Part shown: positions 1 to 15,147 of the stretch, piece after piece | Layout: each line of letters starts with the position of its first letter | Numbering within the stretch: position 1 is the stretch's first letter | NCBI GenBank assembly: GCA_951406725.2 | Contig: OX597819.1 | Coordinates: 4,402,001-4,466,000, forward strand | Length of the DNA: 64,000 nucleotides | DNA from: Octopus vulgaris | Lineage: Eukaryota | Reading direction: 5' to 3' | Notes under the pieces: generated by a model | Database searches by the model: none | Told to the model about the DNA's origin: nothing | Seen by the model: only the letters and a program-made list of their open reading frames with translations | Made by a program: the position numbers and the translations under genes

Positions 1-50
1 CATATATATGTGTTTGTGTGTATGTGTATGTATATATATATATAGTAAAG

Positions 51-593
<543 letters not shown>

Positions 594-639
594 CAAGTCA
601 AAAATAGAAAATGCTAAGATAATTTTATAGTGAATCTTT

Positions 640-677
640 CAGTACCGGTTTCGGTCATTTTGAGACCTTTTCAACTG
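640..677 (-). ncRNA. Minimal type I hammerhead ribozyme, U3:A8 variant
   Basis: Minus strand: CAG-UUGAAAA-GGUC(ucaaaau)GACC-GAAA-CCGG-UA-CUG. Helix I, helix II and a palindromic helix III are all formable. Confidence 0.75.
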
Positions 678-1004
678 TAACGATTAAATAATTAAATTTA
701 GAAAAATTAGAAGAAAAGTTTTTTTAAAAGAATATTTCTGTAGTAGTGTTCAGATATAAGTAGCATTCTGCCTTTCTCTGACTCCCTTGTTTGCACTTGT
801 GTGTTCGAGGTCGTTTTGAGTTCTTGGTAGGATAGGTGAAGAATAAGGAGGCTGATGTGGAGAGGGGGTGGGGAAATCTGGGAATGCCTTAATGGTCGTA
901 TTTTGAATGGTCAGTGGCTGACAGTAGTCGCAGTTCAATTCAGGAATTGTTTATGGAATTTGCGTAGGCGTTATACTGAAAGACATTAGTGACAAGGTTA
1001 AGGG

Positions 1005-1230
1005 GTGGAAGGTGGAGAAGTAGAAGAAGAAGAAGAAGATGACGATGTTGATGATGATGATGATGATGAAGAAGAAGAAGAAGAAGAAGAAGAAGAAGAA
1101 GAAGAAGAAGGAGAAGGAGAAGATGGTGGTGATGATGGTGGTGATGATGATGACGACGATGATGATGATAATGATGATGATGAAGAAGAAGAGGAAGAAG
1201 AAGAAGAAAAAAACAGAGAAGGGAGAATAT
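1005..1230. repeat. (GAA)n/(GAT)n trinucleotide low-complexity tract in the PLE 3' region
   Basis: Visible repeats. The poly-E/D and poly-K ORFs here are by-products. Confidence 0.9.
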
Positions 1231-1334
1231 GAATGGGTGAAAGTATAGCTGTGATGGGGCTGATTAGTAATGGATTCTATGGAGTGTAATATTTGTGTGT
1301 GTATATATTTCTTTTATTCTAAAGTTGAGGTATA

Positions 1335-3650
1335 TTAATTGTTTGTCGTAGACCCGTTAAGAAGTGGCTTGTATTTTGTAATAAAGAGATTTTCTTTACT
1401 TATTCGTTGTCTCGAGGTTGTATCGTCCCTAAATTGGTAGAGGGGGAAAATCCTGAAGTTTGGTGTTTTTTTGTTGGCGCAAGTATCTATGTGTTGGCTA
1501 AAAGCTATTTTTCTGTTTTGGGGAATTTTTATCTGGGATCTGTGCAGGGCCATTCGTTTACGCAAACCATTTTTTGTTTGGCCTATGTACTGCTCTTGAC
1601 ACCCGGAGCAGGTTAGTGAGTATATTAGGTTCTCCGAAGCACATGTGAAGTTGCTTTTCACTGTAAACCGTTGTCCCTGTTTGAAGGAGAACTCTGATCC
1701 CTCAATTAGATAGTCGCATATCCCGCAATTGGGTCTTCCACATTTTTTTACTGTCGGCTTCTGTGTTGAAGAGTGAATTCGGGCTTGTGTTAGGAGACTT
1801 TTCATGGATCTAGGCTGTCTTTTGCTTTTTATGATCGTGTGTGTTTGGAGGATTGTGTTCATTCTGTGGTCTTTTTTTAGGAGGGGTATGTTGTGGAGGA
1901 TGGTGTCGAAGGCTTCGTTATTGAGAGGGTTGTGTGTGGAGATGTATGGTAAGGCTTTTGGTTGTAAGTTTTTCTTTGATTTGGGATGTCTCAGTTCCTT
2001 GATGTTAAGTTGAAGGGCACGTTGAATGCACTTGTCAATAAGTGAAGGTGGATAGTTCCTGGTGATAAGGGTATCTTTTAGTTCTTGTAGTCGTGTGTCT
2101 CTGGTGTTTGCGTTAGAGACTATAGTGCATATCCTTTTTGCTAGATTGAAGGGGATATTCATCCTGGTGTGTCTGGGGTGGCATGAATTGAATGGAAGAT
2201 ATTGCTTAGAGTCTGTAGGCTTATAGTATATGTCTGTTTCTATCATATTATTAGCTTTCTTAATGAGGATATCGAGGAAGGGGAGTTGTTGCTGGCTATA
2301 TTCCATCGTGAATTGGATGTTTACGTCCAGTCCGTTTAAAATTTCCTGGAATTCTATGAGTTTTTCTATATTTTTATGCCAAAGGATGAAACAGTCATCT
2401 AGATATCTCTTCCAGTTGTTTTCTATGTAGATGGAGAAAGGGCTGCCATATCTTTCTAGAACCTTACGATACAGACTGATCTCTAGGTATCCTATGACTA
2501 GGTTGGCAAAGGAGGGGGCCATTCGTGTACCCATCGCAGTCCCCGATTTTTGTCGGTAGAAGTTGTCATTGAAGGCGAAGAAGCTATTTTCCAGGATGAA
2601 TTTAACCCCTTCTATCACAAATTCTTTTTTGATGCGGTGTGGTAGTTCGTTGGCGTGATTCTCTAGCCAGAATTGGATTGCCTCTAGTCCTAGGTTGTGG
2701 GGGATATTGGAGTAGAGGTTGACTACATCGAAGGATACCAGTATGGTGTTTTTGTTTATAGTATTCGGTAGGTGATTGAGCATATCTAAGTCGTCCCTTA
2801 TATAGCTTTTGACATGTTTGAGGAGTGGTTTTAACAGGGTGTCTAAAAAGTTACTGAGGCGGTGGGTTTCGCATGCGGGACCTGCTATTATGGGTCTCAA
2901 TTTGAGGTCATTAGGATTAGGGACTTTAATTATTTTGTCTGTAGCTATCTTGCATGCGTTGCTTATTTTTTCACTTTTGTGGATCTTAGGTATACCATAG
3001 AATTGGCTAGTTTTACTTGTGAAATTGGTCACATAATCATATTCTTTGTCGGTGAGCCCTGCTTTGTATGGGTTTAATATGGATTTTAGTTCCCTCATTA
3101 TTTTTTGTTGACTGTAGTTTTGTGCCATTTCATAGTATGTTGTGTCTTCCAGCATAGAAAGTACCAAAGTTATGTAAAATGTCGTATCCATTAAGACAAC
3201 AGCACTCCCTTTATCGGCCTCTTTGATTGTTATTGTTTTATCTTGTTTTAATTTGTTCAACTCAGCCCATTCTTTTTTGCTGAAGTTTGGTTTGTGTTTT
3301 TGTTTGTGCATATGTTGATATGGGTAATTAGATATGTGGTCACAGAAATCATCAAGTGTTTTGTTCTTACCTTTCGAGGGGGTGTAGTTACTCCTATTTC
3401 TGGCTAACGATTCGTCCTCGTTGTATTTATCGTATAGCTCCTCAGTAAGTCTTAATTTTCTGCAGAATTCTGCGATGTCTTCTTTCATTTCGTTGTAGTT
3501 GGGGTGTTGTGGGGTGGGTGTAAACTTGAGTCCTTTGGAAAGTATGTTTATTTGGTTTGCTGTTAGTTCCTTGTGAGTTAGATTGATAATTTTTATTACT
3601 TTTGGTTCCTCCTGCTTGTTTGGTGCTATCTTGTGTCTCTGTGTTGCGTA
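1335..3650 (-). CDS. PLE reverse transcriptase + GIY-YIG endonuclease, uninterrupted, N-terminus truncated
   Basis: Motifs: LSKGLKFTP, IKEADKGSAVV, YGIPKIHK, LRPII, SFDVVNLYSNI, GTAMGT, RYLDD, LPFLD, CGRPNCGIC linker and NLIYSLTC..C..QYIGQT (GIY-YIG). The first ~30 aa of the 801-aa ORF-track entry come from SINE/TA sequence. Confidence 0.95.
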   Translation of the reverse strand, partial: YATQRHKIAPNKQEEPKVIKIINLTHKELTANQINILSKGLKFTPTPQHPNYNEMKEDIAEFCRKLRLTEELYDKYNEDESLARNRSNYTPSKGKNKTLDDFCDHISNYPYQHMHKQKHKPNFSKKEWAELNKLKQDKTITIKEADKGSAVVLMDTTFYITLVLSMLEDTTYYEMAQNYSQQKIMRELKSILNPYKAGLTDKEYDYVTNFTSKTSQFYGIPKIHKSEKISNACKIATDKIIKVPNPNDLKLRPIIAGPACETHRLSNFLDTLLKPLLKHVKSYIRDDLDMLNHLPNTINKNTILVSFDVVNLYSNIPHNLGLEAIQFWLENHANELPHRIKKEFVIEGVKFILENSFFAFNDNFYRQKSGTAMGTRMAPSFANLVIGYLEISLYRKVLERYGSPFSIYIENNWKRYLDDCFILWHKNIEKLIEFQEILNGLDVNIQFTMEYSQQQLPFLDILIKKANNMIETDIYYKPTDSKQYLPFNSCHPRHTRMNIPFNLAKRICTIVSNANTRDTRLQELKDTLITRNYPPSLIDKCIQRALQLNIKELRHPKSKKNLQPKALPYISTHNPLNNEAFDTILHNIPLLKKDHRMNTILQTHTIIKSKRQPRSMKSLLTQARIHSSTQKPTVKKCGRPNCGICDYLIEGSEFSFKQGQRFTVKSNFTCASENLIYSLTCSGCQEQYIGQTKNGLRKRMALHRSQIKIPQNRKIAFSQHIDTCANKKTPNFRIFPLYQFRDDTTSRQRISKENLFITKYKPLLNGSTTNN

Positions 3651-3663
3651 TATATATATATAT

Positions 3664-4062
3664 GACGGCTGTGTGGTAAGTAGCTTGCTAACAAACCACA
3701 TGGTTCCGGGTTCAGTCCCACTGCGTGGCATCTTGGGCAAGTGTCATCTGCTATAGCCCCGGGCCGACTAATGCCTTGTGAGTGGATTTGGTAGACGGAA
3801 ACTGAAAGAAGCCTGTCGTATATATCTATATATATATATGTGTGTATGTGTTTGTGTGTCTGTGTTTGTCCCCCTAGCATTGCTTGACAACCGATGCTGG
3901 TGTGTTTACGTCCCCGTCACTTAGCGGTTCGGCAAAAGAGACCGATAGAATAAGTACTGGGCTTACAAAGAATAAGTCCCGGGGTCGATTTGCTCGACTA
4001 AAGGTGGTGCTCCAGCATGGCCACAGTCAAATGACTGAAAAAGTAAAAGAGAGAAAAAAGAG
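3664..4062 (+). mobile_element. tRNA-derived SINE, family B (bipartite, with internal TA/TG linker)
   Basis: Head GGCTGTGTGGTAAG...GGTTCAGTCCC. Homologous copies lie at 17268, 21726, 22442, 28408 and 53597. Confidence 0.9.
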
Positions 4063-4728
4063 ATATGAAACCTCTTACTTCCTTCTTCACTCCCGTTCGT
4101 TCTACCTTTATCCGTTTATAACATCACCTGATACAAATTCATATAATTTCCCCATTATTCCTGTTTCTCTCATTCTCCATGCATTTCCTTTTATATTGCT
4201 ATCTCAAGAAGTTCTTAAGCAGGAAACGTCAAAGACTCTTCAACTTTCTCGATTCTTATTTGCATCAAACTAATAATAATTACAATTGTTCTCTCTTTGT
4301 TTCTCCTGCTGCTATTTACGTCGTTATATTTACGCAATATTAATGGCGTCTCCGATTGAACTGTTTACAACACCAATAGGATGCTGTATCCAGGGTACCT
4401 TGACCATCCAGGAGAGCTACAATGCATTCAATAGCACAGAACATTGCAGTAGATTGGTATGCAGGAGTCACAAGCTGGATATGACCCAGCCTCCATAGAG
4501 TGGAGTTTCTTCTCTGAAAACCAACTGTGCTGAACTTACAAGAGTTAAACTACTGCTATCTTTAGCAGACGGGTAGCCACCACCGTGGATGAGCACAAAG
4601 AGCTCAAAACCGCACGGTCTGGTGGTCTCGTGGCTGAAAGATGGTAGAAGTTCATTCCTCTACTTGTAATATATATATATATATATACGTATATATATAT
4701 ACGTATATATATACGTATATATGTATAC

Positions 4729-4832
<104 letters not shown>

Positions 4833-5129
4833 TATGGCTAACCCCTAAGGGTGGATGCTACTGTAGTTTGTAGCCCCAGGAAGATATCTCCTCCAGCTGG
4901 CTATAGACACACTATCTGTGCCCTATCAGTATTTGTGAAGGGAAGTCATCCTTCCCGTCTTCAACTTATGATACACACGGACGCGAGTTTCAAGGTGTAT
5001 ACCTATCATCAAGGAATTGGTCGGCCCGGGGCTATAGCAGAAGACATTTGCCCAAGATGCCACGCAGTGGACTGAACCCGGGACCATGTGGTTGGTTAGC
5101 AAGCTACTTACTACACAGCCACTCCTGCG

Positions 5130-5131
<2 letters not shown>
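4833..5131 (-). mobile_element. SINE family B head joined to a different 3' tail
   Basis: 5012-5131 matches the family B head. 4833-5011 is unrelated to the usual B second half. TA tracts on both sides. Confidence 0.8.
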
Positions 5132-5169
<38 letters not shown>

Positions 5170-5175
5170 TATATA

Positions 5176-5307
<132 letters not shown>

Positions 5308-5326
5308 TACATATATACATATATAT

Positions 5327-5379
<53 letters not shown>

Positions 5380-5506
5380 TATATACGTTTAAATATTTGT
5401 TGTGCAAGATTTTTATGTGAAGTCGTGTGTTGAAACAGCTATTGTTATAATTCGGAATGGCAAAATGACCATTCCGAAATATATATATATATATATACAT
5501 ATATAC

Positions 5507-6943
<1,437 letters not shown>

Positions 6944-6959
6944 TATATATATATATAAT

Positions 6960-7038
6960 AACAATATAATAAATAAATAAAACATATGCATATATAAATA
7001 CATATATGTACATACTTACATCTATATGTATATATACA

Positions 7039-7096
<58 letters not shown>

Positions 7097-7248
7097 TACA
7101 GGACACCACAAATAAACGTAGAACACAACGAGAAACGAAAACATAAAATCAAATAAGGAAACGGACTTTTTTTAACAACGAAAAAACAGAGTACAGGACA
7201 AACAATACAAGGAAAATTCCCCTTCATCAGCTGCCCCTGGTTCGACTC
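6960..7248 (-). mobile_element. PLE pLTR-tail fragment
   Basis: Reverse-complement homology to 26233-26440 (CTGATGAAGGGGAATTTT...TTGTCCTGTA...TGGTGTCCTGTAC...). Confidence 0.6.
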
Positions 7249-7313
<65 letters not shown>

Positions 7314-7519
7314 CACACATATATATATACATATATATACATATACATATATATATATATATATATATACATATATACATATACATATATATATATATAG
7401 AAAATAGTAAAAAGTGAAAAAACTACAGAAGGCTTGTTTTATAAGGTTAAAGAATATATTTGAGTCATTATGTTGGAAGAATGTTATAAAATTTTTTCAT
7501 ACAGTGACATAGTTTTTGA

Positions 7520-7556
7520 AGAAATTACCGGTTTCGTGTTAACTTTTCAAATTTCT
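7520..7556 (-). ncRNA. Minimal type I hammerhead ribozyme, U3:A8 variant, in an orphan pLTR (about 7400-7760)
   Basis: AGAAAU-UUGAAAA-GU(uaac)AC-GAAA-CCGG-UA-AUUUCU. 6-bp helix I; helix II is only 2 bp. Confidence 0.7.
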
Positions 7557-7769
7557 CAAGTGACTTTACCTACATCGTGTTACGTCTTCGTTATGAAGTG
7601 CAAATAAGAGTTCTAGGTAGGGGGAGGTAATGAGCGATTTCTTCCGGTATAAGGGAGATAATCGCTTTATATTTCTTTTCCCTTTATCTAATGGGGTGAG
7701 TTTCTCTGTATAAGAATGTTAGAGTGGTTAAAATTCAAAAACCTATTGAACAGCATCAACCCAAATATA

Positions 7770-9030
7770 CAGTGTTGTTTTTAGGCGGGACGTTTCCCTA
7801 CGTTTGGGATGTTGGTTGAGACGATTTGCAACCTTCTTCCGTCGTTTCATGAGGATCTTCCTGTCTCTTGGAATCTTGCTCCTATTCGTTTTGGCCTTGT
7901 GCTCTGGGACATATTTCTGGCATACGGCTTGTACAGAAGACATGAAACATTCTAGTTTCATGTCAATGTCTGGTGTGTAGAGACATTCCAGCCAGTCCTC
8001 TCTGAGGATCTCTTTTTGGATCGATTTCCAATCTGCTTTGTGGAAGTTCAGATTGGAGAGATTTCGGGTGCTTCCTTTAGGCTGTATGTCTCTGGTCACT
8101 TTCGGCCCAAACATAGACAGCTCTATTATGTTGTGATCTGAAACTGATGTCGGTGTGACTTTCACATCAGGAATGATGTCCATATTGTTCGTGAAGCAGA
8201 GATCCAGAATGTTATTCGCCCTAGTTGGCTTAAGTACAACTTGCTCCATGAATAAGGCATTGGTGAGGTTGAGCAGGGACTCCACCTGTACTTGCTTGCA
8301 ATGATTCATTCCTGAGAGTATGTGACCTTCGGGCCATTTGACGTTGGGGAAGTTGAAATCACCCATAAGAAATATGGTCACGTGGTATTCCAGATTCATG
8401 AGGATTTCTTTAATTCTTGTGAGGCAATCTTCAAACTTGCCTGTGTGATTTGGGGCATCCGGTGGGCAATATGTAGTGCATATGACTATATTATGTTGTC
8501 TTATGTATACAATTAAAGTGTCACATACCGAATTGGAGTATGTCATTAAGACCTGGGGTGGGAGGTCATCTCGGATGTATACAGCAACTCCACCATGGCT
8601 CCTTTCCCTTCTGTCTGTTCGCAGTATGGCATAGTTTGGTATGTGTACTTCTGCGTCCTTTATATCAGGGTTGAGGTGAGTTTCCACAAGTGCTATGCAT
8701 AGGGCTTGATTGCATGCAGTAAGATCTCTCAGGAAAGAAATTTTGTTTCTATTTTGATGCAACAGGCCCCCAATATTTAGTAAAGGTATTGGGGTGACAG
8801 CTGTGCAGGAGTTAGGGGAGGCCATCCCGTGTCTGTTGACTGTGGTGGTCTTGCATAGTGGTGGGCAGGGTTCCTTCTCTGTGCTTGGTGTAGCCAGGTT
8901 AGCTGCCGGACAATTATTTGCGCCATGCATAAAAAGACTCTTGCTCAGCTGCTGCGTTGCGCAGAACATCTGAGGAGTGCACTTCGTTTTTGAAAGTTTT
9001 CCTGGGAGACATTTCTTCTGTTCCCATACA
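7770..9030 (-). mobile_element. CR1-group LINE fragment: end of ORF1 region plus APE endonuclease of ORF2
   Basis: [52 protein letters not shown] and SDHNII. RT is absent. Confidence 0.88.
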
Positions 9031-9090
9031 TACATATACATACATATGTATATGTTCCCACATATACATATACATATATATGTATATGTA

Positions 9091-9271
<181 letters not shown>

Positions 9272-9328
9272 GTATATATATATGTATACATATATGTATA
9301 TATATGTGTATATATATATATATACATG

Positions 9329-10894
<1,566 letters not shown>

Positions 10895-10937
10895 TATATA
10901 CATATATATATACATATATATATACATTATGGCTGTA

Positions 10938-10971
<34 letters not shown>

Positions 10972-11030
10972 CATATATATATACATATATATATATATAC
11001 ATATATATATACATATATATATATACATAT

Positions 11031-11123
<93 letters not shown>

Positions 11124-11158
11124 TATATATATACATATATATATACATATATATATAA

Positions 11159-11206
<48 letters not shown>

Positions 11207-11208
<2 letters not shown>

Positions 11209-11540
11209 GTACAGACCCCCTTCGGTCATGAATGACCATGGGATTGCACCTAGAAAGTTACCCTCCTAGACACAAGTCCGGGTAAGGTTGTTTATGGAAG
11301 ACCAGCAGTCGCCCATGCATACCAGCCTCCCCTCTCCACGCCACCAGTGTTATCCAAGGGAAAGACAAAGGTCGATACAGCTTGGCACCAGCGACGTCGC
11401 AACTCATTTCTACAGCTGAGTGAATTGGAGCAACGTGAAATAAAGTGCCTTGCTCAGGAACACAACACGCAGCCCGGTCCGGGATTCGAGCTCACAGCCT
11501 CACGATCGTAAGCTCGACGCTCTAACCACTGAGCCATGCG

Positions 11541-11544
<4 letters not shown>
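11207..11544 (-). mobile_element. SINE family A
   Basis: Near-identical to 51-386. Confidence 0.9.
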
Positions 11545-11632
<88 letters not shown>

Positions 11633-11702
11633 GTATATATATATGTACCGTTGCCGATTTTTTCCCTCTGTCTCCCCTTCTCTGGATCTTTCCTTCTCCT
11701 AT

Positions 11703-11737
11703 GTTTCCGACGAAGAGCTCCGCTCGAAACGTTAAAC
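11703..11737 (+). ncRNA. Minimal type I hammerhead (U4C core) in a ~195-bp ORF-less element (11645-11840)
   Basis: GUUU-CCGACGA-A-GAGC(ucc)GCUC-GAAA-CG-UU-AAAC. The element is flanked by TA tracts. Confidence 0.75.
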
Positions 11738-11841
11738 CCTCCTTCTTTCTTTCTTTCCTGAGCGTCAAATAATACTATATTTGTTCCACGCCCTCGCGTT
11801 GTTGTGTTTTTTTGTGCTTTCTTGTTTGGATTAACTGTACA

Positions 11842-11905
<64 letters not shown>

Positions 11906-11952
11906 TATAGATATAACGGGAAGCTTTATGAAAATAAACAAAAGACGAAGGC

Positions 11953-12019
<67 letters not shown>

Positions 12020-12050
12020 TATACATATATATATATATACATATATATAC

Positions 12051-12122
<72 letters not shown>

Positions 12123-12423
12123 GGAGGCGCAATAGCCCAGTGGTTAAGGCAGCATACTAGCGGTCGTAGGATCGCGGTTTCGATTCCCAGACCAGGCGTT
12201 GTGAGTGTTTATTGAGCGAAAACACCTAAAAGCTCTACGAAACTCCAGCAGGGGTGGTGGCGATCTGTGCTGTACTCTTTCGCCCCAACTTTCTCTCACT
12301 CTTTCTTCTGTTGGCCCGCTTGCTTAGCCAGCGGGTTGGCGTCATTTGAAGGCTAAAACAATGCGAAACGCATTGTGACCAGCGATGTGTAGCAACATCT
12401 GATAACCTGGTCGGTCACGTGAT

Positions 12424-12430
<7 letters not shown>
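12123..12430 (+). mobile_element. tRNA-derived SINE, family C with tail Y (resembles octopus OR-type SINEs)
   Basis: Head GGAGGCGCAATAGCCCAGTGGTTAAGGC...GTTTCGATTCCC. Copy at 43640-43953. Confidence 0.88.
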
Positions 12431-12479
<49 letters not shown>

Positions 12480-12784
12480 CATTATCTATGCTTGTATCAA
12501 TCCTGCAATGACTTACTTTGACTTCCTTTATGTATGTTAGTCGACAAAAACTAATCGATAAAAATAAGTACTGGGATCGATATAGTCTACTAAATGTTTG
12601 GTCGTGTTCCTATGACTAATACCAATGAAGAAATCGTACGCACACGCACACACATAGGCATACGTACACATACACGCGTGCGTCCGCATGCTCACAGAGG
12701 GACATACACACGCTCACACAAACATGCACACACGTATATACACAGAGAGAGGGGAGCAAAAAATTAAGTGGGATGTTGAGAACC

Positions 12785-12921
<137 letters not shown>

Positions 12922-13596
12922 CTTCTATCCATGTTACAAAATTTATAGGATATTTTATAGATCCTTAAAATGACTGACTTTTTTCTCTTTCCGTTTTATT
13001 CTAGTTTAAGAAATAATGTCTTGGAAGGAATCATAAAAAAAGTACGTAAAGACATTAGGAAAATGTATGCAGAGATAAAATCCCATCATTTCTTACAAAG
13101 GACTATAATAAAATGTAAACGCACTTATAGTAAATGAACCAAAATTCAGTAGCACTGAAATGGTATATTAGCAATGATATTGGACTTAAGATCATGAGTT
13201 CAATATCAAATCCATTCGGCCAGTTCACTATTTTCTAGTTCATCGACTAGAAATATATACTAAATTATTTTGGAATACTACCAGGCTGGAATATTTACGC
13301 CCTTGCGCACTGTGGGACGAAACCGAAACAAGTAACCTAACCTTAAAAGTATCCCCGTATCCACTTCTGTGACTTAGAAAGCATTTACATTGTTCTCAAT
13401 GAACATATTAATTGTCCGCAGTAGAATTACTCGGGAGAGCTTTGTGCGTGAGTGTGTATGCGTGCGCGCGTGTGTGTGTGTGTGTGTGTGCGTGCGTGTG
13501 TGTGTGTGTGTGTCTGTGTGGTGCGTATGTATATAAATATACTTCTATATATGTATACATAAATAGATACACACACACACATACATACATACATAT

Positions 13597-13633
<37 letters not shown>

Positions 13634-13639
13634 TCACCA

Positions 13640-13676
<37 letters not shown>

Positions 13677-13748
13677 CATGTTGAATCGCTAGCTTCTGCA
13701 CGCATTTTTTTTCTCTCCTTGTTTCTCTCCGTGTTTCTTTTCTGTGTA

Positions 13749-13786
13749 TCTTTCTGTTGAAGAGCGTAGGCTCGAAACGTAAAAGA
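13749..13786 (+). ncRNA. Hammerhead-like motif (A6U core) in a ~210-bp ORF-less element (13674-13885)
   Basis: UCUUU-CUGUUGA-A-GAGC(guag)GCUC-GAAA-CG-UA-AAAGA. Partial copies at 62983-63105 (+) and 11915-11955 (-). Confidence 0.65.
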
Positions 13787-15044
13787 CTTGTTTTATTTAT
13801 ATTCCTGACCGCCATACTAATACAATTGTTTGTTTGTACTCCACCTGCCTTCGTCTTTTGTTTATTTTCATAAAGCTTCCCGTTATATATATATATATAT
13901 ATCACTATGTATGGCAAGGGGATAAAGCAACATTCACAAACTCATGACGATAATTAGAAACGACTTAATGACTGTTTAGCACTTTTTAAATGTCACACTA
14001 TTGCTGTTTACAATCATTTAGCGAAATGTTCACCCTAGGTCACCACTGTTTATAAACATAAATCTCACGTTTTTGTTATGCTTTTCAGACCACAGAAGTC
14101 GTCCTACTTTTTTTTTTTAAATGATTATTGTTTGATATCTCATCAAAAAATAAGAGTCGTCAGAAATATTTTTACTTTAAATTGGCCCTTGTCACAACAG
14201 AATTACGTTTGGGGTTGCTACATCTCCTACTTGAGCTATATTAAATGAAGTAGCAGTTGAGCACTTTTTATGGCTTAATACGTATAAAGAGTTTGTATGA
14301 AAGTTACCCCCTTCCCTGTGCTCTATACACAATCTGTTGACAATTGTTCGCAATGTTCCAGCATTATTTCATATCTTCCAGTCGAAATGAATGTTAACTT
14401 ATTTAATTTAAATCACTTAATATTCTCAGTTTCCTATCTTTATGGTTTGAAAATTTTTTTTACAACTTTTCCGCTCTACTTTTCTCAGAACATAGATAAT
14501 TATTACCATGCTTGCCTTTAGTATGGTTTCATTCAATTTTATTTCAGAGAGCCTTTTCTATTATTTTCTTTTCGCCCAACTATAAAATTTGGAAGTGCTT
14601 ATTTTTATACAGCATTCTCACGATTACATACTTTCTTTGGGTTATTTCAGAAAAGAAAATCAATTAGAGCCCCACCCAACTAAAATTCATCCCATTCTTT
14701 TGACATAACACCGTTAAGGTTTCTCCAAACACGATATCAGCAATTCTTAGAACAGCAATTGTATCATTTTTTATCTGGTGAAAAAAAATACTTATTTTCC
14801 CCCCCTCCAAAGCACTGATAACATAAACGCTTACAAATAAAAATTCAGTTGGAAATTCTCACTGAAGTAATGTTTGTCTCCTGACCCATAAAACGTACAG
14901 AAACGTTTACACATACGTACATACATGCATACATACATACATACATACATACATACATACATACATACATACATACATACATACATACATACAAATACAT
15001 ACGTCTATGTGTATACACACACACGCGCACACACACATATGGAT

Positions 15045-15138
<94 letters not shown>

Positions 15139-15147
15139 GTATATATA

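Noticed and set aside
1005-1248. Acidic poly-E/D and poly-K/M ORFs
   Set aside because: Trinucleotide repeat within the PLE 3' region, with no other coding signal.
12123-12200. tRNA genes at SINE heads (also 310-386, 26476-26550)
   Set aside because: A/B boxes are present but there is no complete acceptor stem, and each head continues into a multi-copy SINE body.
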